Shown in pieces: positions 16,534 through 20,000 of a DNA stretch of 20,000 nucleotides. The notes under the pieces were generated by a model. It was not told the origin of the DNA and did no database searches. It was given only the letters and a program-made list of their open reading frames with translations. The stretch's first letter is position 1. Each line of letters opens with the position of its first letter. The DNA lies in IMG/VR virus record IMGVR_UViG_3300046694_000251; one strand, written 5' to 3'. The stretch comes from an uncultured virus (IMG/VR IMGVR_UViG_3300046694_000251) (Duplodnaviria > Heunggongvirae > Uroviricota > Caudoviricetes). The translations under genes were made by a program, and so were the position numbers.

Positions 16534-18495
16534 ATGGAATTACTGGTGACCTCCCTGCTCACCCCCGCCGGTGACCTTGCCGACCCTTACCGCTCCTTCA
16601 TCGCGAAAAGCCGATACTCCAGGTGGATCGAGGAGGACAACCGGCGCGAGACCTGGTCCGAGACCGTCGCCCGATACGTGACGTTCATGCTCGGCCAGTT
16701 GAAGGACAAGCACGACTACATCCCCGACCGTGCCGTGGTCGACGAGATCCACGCGGCCATCCTCAACCACGAGGTCATGCCGTCCATGCGCGCCGTTATG
16801 ACGGCCGGGCCCGCCCTGGACCGCTCGAACATCGCGGGCTTCAACTGTTCGTACCTCCCGCTGAAGGACGCCCGCGCTCTGGACGAGCTGCTGTACGTCC
16901 TCATGAACGGCACGGGCGTGGGTTACTCGGTCGAGAGCAAGTACACCGACCAGTTGCCTGCCGTTCCGGCCGTCCTGCGTGCGGCTGCTGACGTGATCGT
17001 GGTCGAGGACTCCAAGGAGGGCTGGGGTTACGCGTTCCGGTCCCTGCTGGAGGGCCTGTGGCAGGGCGAGGTGCGTCACTGGGACCTGTCCCAGGTGCGA
17101 CCGGCGGGCGCACGTCTTAATACCTTCGGAGGGCGAGCCTCCGGCCCGGGTCCGCTGGACGACCTGTTCACCTTCACCGTGCAGAAGTTCCACGAGGCCG
17201 CCGGTCGCAACTTCCGGCCGATCGAGGTCCACGACATCGCCTGCAAGATCGCGTCCGTAGTGGTCGTCGGTGGTGTCCGCCGGTCGGCGATGATCTCCCT
17301 GTCCGACCTGGACGACCGCGAGATGGCCGAGGCCAAGAGCGGGGAGTGGTGGGTCGAGCACCCCTACCGCGCCCTGGCGAACAACTCGGCCGTCTACACC
17401 GACGGCATGCGCTACGAGGACTTCCACACCGAGTGGGACTCCCTCGTAGCCAGCGGCTCGGGCGAGCGCGGCATCTTCCACCGTGGGGCGGCGCAGAGGC
17501 AGGCCGCGAAGTTCGGGCGCCGGGAGGAGGACACCGACTACGGGACCAACCCCTGTAGCGAGATCATTCTGCGGCCGTTCTCGTTCTGCAATCTCTCCGA
17601 GGTCGTCGTGCGGCCGGAGGACACCCCCGAGGACTTGTACCGCAAGGTGCGCCTGGCGTCCGTCCTGGGCACCTGGCAGAGCACGCTGACCGACTATCCC
17701 TACCTGCGCGAGGAGTGGCGTAAGAACGCGGAGGAGGAGCGCCTGCTGGGTGTCTCCCTCACCGGGGTCTACGGCAACCGCTGGACCAACGGCACGGTCA
17801 ACCTGAAGACGACCGAGGTGCTGCTGGCGGACCTGCGCGGGAGTGTGGTGGAGGCCAACGCGGCCGAGGCTGCCCGCATCGGTATCCAGGCGTCGGCTGC
17901 GACCACCTGCGTCAAGCCGTCCGGCACGGTCTCCCAGTTGGTCGACTGTGAGTCCGGCCTGCACCAGAAGCACGCGAAGTTCTACAAGCGGCGGGTGCGG
18001 GTGGACAAGAAGGACCCGATCGCGTTCGTGCTCATCGACTCGGGCCTGCCGTACGAGGAGGACTCCTACAACTCCGCCGCGTGGGTGTTCACCTTCCCGC
18101 AGAAGGCAGGCGAGGACGCCCTGGTACGTGACGACGTGAGCGCCATCGAGCACCTGGAATTGTGGTTGGCCTTCCAGAGGCACTGGTGCGAGCACAAGCC
18201 GTCGGTGACCATCAGCGTCCGCGAGCACGAGTGGGAGCAGGTCGGCGAGTGGGTGTGGGAGCACCTGGCCGAGATCTCTGGTGTCTCCTTCCTGCCCTTC
18301 AGCGAGCACACGTACGTCCAGGCGCCGTACGAGGAGATCACGCGGGAGGAGTACGAGGCGCTGGCGGCCAGGAAGCAGCGCGTGGAGTGGTCGGACCTGG
18401 CGTTCTACGAGACCTTCGACCAGACCAAGGGATCGCAGGAACTGGCCTGCTCGGCGGCCGGTGGCTGTGAGGTCGTGGACCTGGTGACCACCTGA
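16534..18495 (+). CDS. nrdJ: Class II (adenosylcobalamin-dependent) ribonucleotide reductase
   Basis: MPSMRA, FNCSY, GTGVGYSV, VVVGGVRRSAMISL, GTNPCSEI, TCVKPSGTVSQL, WCEHKPSVT and C-terminal CSAAGGC. No beta subunit gene is adjacent. The start may be GTG 16546. Confidence 0.93.
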   Translation: MELLVTSLLTPAGDLADPYRSFIAKSRYSRWIEEDNRRETWSETVARYVTFMLGQLKDKHDYIPDRAVVDEIHAAILNHEVMPSMRAVMTAGPALDRSNIAGFNCSYLPLKDARALDELLYVLMNGTGVGYSVESKYTDQLPAVPAVLRAAADVIVVEDSKEGWGYAFRSLLEGLWQGEVRHWDLSQVRPAGARLNTFGGRASGPGPLDDLFTFTVQKFHEAAGRNFRPIEVHDIACKIASVVVVGGVRRSAMISLSDLDDREMAEAKSGEWWVEHPYRALANNSAVYTDGMRYEDFHTEWDSLVASGSGERGIFHRGAAQRQAAKFGRREEDTDYGTNPCSEIILRPFSFCNLSEVVVRPEDTPEDLYRKVRLASVLGTWQSTLTDYPYLREEWRKNAEEERLLGVSLTGVYGNRWTNGTVNLKTTEVLLADLRGSVVEANAAEAARIGIQASAATTCVKPSGTVSQLVDCESGLHQKHAKFYKRRVRVDKKDPIAFVLIDSGLPYEEDSYNSAAWVFTFPQKAGEDALVRDDVSAIEHLELWLAFQRHWCEHKPSVTISVREHEWEQVGEWVWEHLAEISGVSFLPFSEHTYVQAPYEEITREEYEALAARKQRVEWSDLAFYETFDQTKGSQELACSAAGGCEVVDLVTT

Positions 18496-18878
18496 TGTAC
18501 GAGTACAACGCCGTAGTGACCGACGTCCATGACGGCGACACCATCACGGTGAACCTGGACCTGGGCGTCGGCACCTGGCACCACGACTTCCACGTCCGGC
18601 TGATCGGCGGCAACGCGCAGGAATTGAAGGACCCGGGGGGCGAGGAGGCACGGCAGAACCTGGCCGGTCTCCTGCCCCTCGGCAGCCGGGTCGTCGTCCG
18701 CTCGCACAAGGCGGGCAAGGACATCGAGCCCGACAAGTTCGGCGGCCGGTGGCTGGCGGATGTAACGCTGCCTGACGGCCGCGACCTAGTCGCCCACCTC
18801 ATCGAGCAGCAGTGGCTGGCACCGTGGGATGGCAGCGGGAAGAAGCCGGTGCCCCCGTGGCCTCGGAAGATTCCCTAA
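18495..18878 (+). CDS. Thermonuclease (staphylococcal nuclease-like)
   Basis: YEYNAVVTDVHDGDTI, VRLIGGNAQEL and DKFGGRWLADV match SNase motifs. Confidence 0.85.
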   Translation: MYEYNAVVTDVHDGDTITVNLDLGVGTWHHDFHVRLIGGNAQELKDPGGEEARQNLAGLLPLGSRVVVRSHKAGKDIEPDKFGGRWLADVTLPDGRDLVAHLIEQQWLAPWDGSGKKPVPPWPRKIP

Positions 18879-18911
18879 AGATCTTGCTCTGACTAGTTGA
18901 TACGTAGCTGG

Positions 18912-18952
18912 ACCGGTAGTCCCTAACCGATTACGGTATTGGGACTACCGGT
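18912..18952. repeat. 12-bp perfect inverted repeat (terminator or operator)
   Basis: ACCGGTAGTCCC (18912-18923) and GGGACTACCGGT (18941-18952), with an inner ACCG/CGGT stem; followed by TCTGCTTT. Confidence 0.7.
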
Positions 18953-18998
18953 TCTGCTTTACGGCTTCGGCATTACGGGATTGGAAGACACACCACAC

Positions 18999-20000
18999 AT
19001 GGCACTTAATACCTGCGCGGGCGGCCCCGACAAGGAAGCCCTCGCGCTCATCGCAAAGATCAACAAGGAACACCCGGGCGCAGTCTGTTTCGCCTCCGAG
19101 ATGCGCATCCCCAAGCGGTTCACCTCCGGCTCCCTGAGCCTGGACATCGCCCTCGGCGGCGGCTGGCCGGGCAACCAGTGGGTCGAGGTCATCGGCCGCG
19201 AGTCCCACGGCAAGACCGCCATCGTCTACAAGACCCTCGCGGCCAACCAGAAGAAGGACCCCAACTTCACCTGCCTGTGGATCGCCGCAGAGCACTACGA
19301 CGTCGACCAGGCCGAAGCCCTCGGCGTCGACAACGAGCGCGTCCTGGTCGTCCCCACCCAGGCCATGGAGTTCGCCTACCAGACCATGCTCGACTTCGCC
19401 GCCAGCCGGTCCGTCGACATGATCGTCCTCGACTCCTACCCGGCGCTCATCGCCGACGAAGAGTCGGAGAAGGACATGGACGAGGCGACCATGGCGCTGG
19501 GCGCCCGCCTCACCGGCAAGTTCTTCCGCAAGTCCGGGGCGGCCACCAAGCGATCCATGACGGACACCGACGACCGGCCGCTGCTGGGGATCGTCATCAA
19601 TCAGTACAGGGATGCGATCGGGAAATTCTCCCCGCACGGCACGCCGACCACGACCCCAGGCGGCAACGCCAAGAACTATGCCTTCTACACGCGCGTCGAG
19701 GTCCGGCGCGATGAGTGGATTCAGGAGGCCCGGCCCGGAAAGGGCAAGGTGAACGTCGGCCAGGTCATCAAGGTCAAGACGATCAAGAACAAGTCGGCCG
19801 CCCCGCAGCAGACCGCGACCATCGACTTCTACTTCCGCTCCGCCCCGTTCCTGAACTTCGCTCGCGGTGACTACGACACCGTGAAGGAGATCATGATCAT
19901 GGGGATCCTCTTCGACGTCATCCAGCGCAAGGGCGCCTACTTCCAGATCGACAACGGGGAGTACGACGACAAGGGCAAGCCGGTCCTGCGCTGGCAGGGC
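18999..20000 (+). CDS. recA: RecA-like recombinase (3'-truncated; missing from the ORF track)
   Basis: Open from ATG 18999 to the window end: TSGSLSLDIALGGGWP, VEVIGRESHGKT, MIVLDSYPAL, IVINQYRDAIG, TTPGGNAKNYAFYTRVEVRR and VKTIKNK. Confidence 0.92.
   Translation, partial: MALNTCAGGPDKEALALIAKINKEHPGAVCFASEMRIPKRFTSGSLSLDIALGGGWPGNQWVEVIGRESHGKTAIVYKTLAANQKKDPNFTCLWIAAEHYDVDQAEALGVDNERVLVVPTQAMEFAYQTMLDFAASRSVDMIVLDSYPALIADEESEKDMDEATMALGARLTGKFFRKSGAATKRSMTDTDDRPLLGIVINQYRDAIGKFSPHGTPTTTPGGNAKNYAFYTRVEVRRDEWIQEARPGKGKVNVGQVIKVKTIKNKSAAPQQTATIDFYFRSAPFLNFARGDYDTVKEIMIMGILFDVIQRKGAYFQIDNGEYDDKGKPVLRWQG

Larger units (their letters stand above)
1761..19013 (+). repeat. Dispersed strand-specific motif CTTAATAYC, 12 copies
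   Basis: Starts at 1761, 3435, 3834, 5077, 5846, 8815, 12132, 12881, 13668, 15653, 17116 and 19005; no reverse-complement copy found by manual scan. Confidence 0.9.

Noticed and set aside
13629..18495. Inteins or introns in PolA and NrdJ
   Set aside because: ORF lengths and motif spacing look normal; no insertion or splice-junction signature seen.
1761..19013. CTTAATAC as a T7-like phage RNA polymerase promoter
   Set aside because: It resembles only the TAATAC start of the T7 promoter; there is no conserved downstream ~20 bp, sites lie inside genes, and no RNA polymerase gene is in the window.
170..19714. Many long minus-strand and alternate-frame ORFs in the track (e.g. 494..1765, 2406..3716, 9395..10582, 13515..15455, 16540..18309)
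   Set aside because: They are shadows of high-GC3 + strand genes: no recognisable motifs, and they overlap well-supported CDSs almost completely.

Overview
High-GC window, with every credible gene on the + strand, from an actinobacteriophage or prophage (probably Streptomyces-like; host is inferred). It runs from the end of the tail/lysis block (tail proteins, holin-like gene, membrane protein) into a large DNA replication and metabolism module: HTH replication initiator with an internal iteron/AT-rich origin candidate, DnaC-like loader, DnaB-like helicase, primase, SNF2-type helicase, MerR-like HTH protein, putative SSB, family A DNA polymerase, class II ribonucleotide reductase, thermonuclease and a RecA-like recombinase cut by the window end. 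The most striking unexplained signal is the 9-mer CTTAATAYC. By manual scan it occurs 12 times, always on the + strand and always read in frame as Leu-Asn-Thr/Ile using rare codons, including in two tiny coupled mini-ORFs and at a normally conserved RNR position. A second motif, (G/A)AAGNCGTAAT, marks intergenic promoter regions, with tandem copies 14 or 28 bp apart. All calls are by eye; no database search was run.
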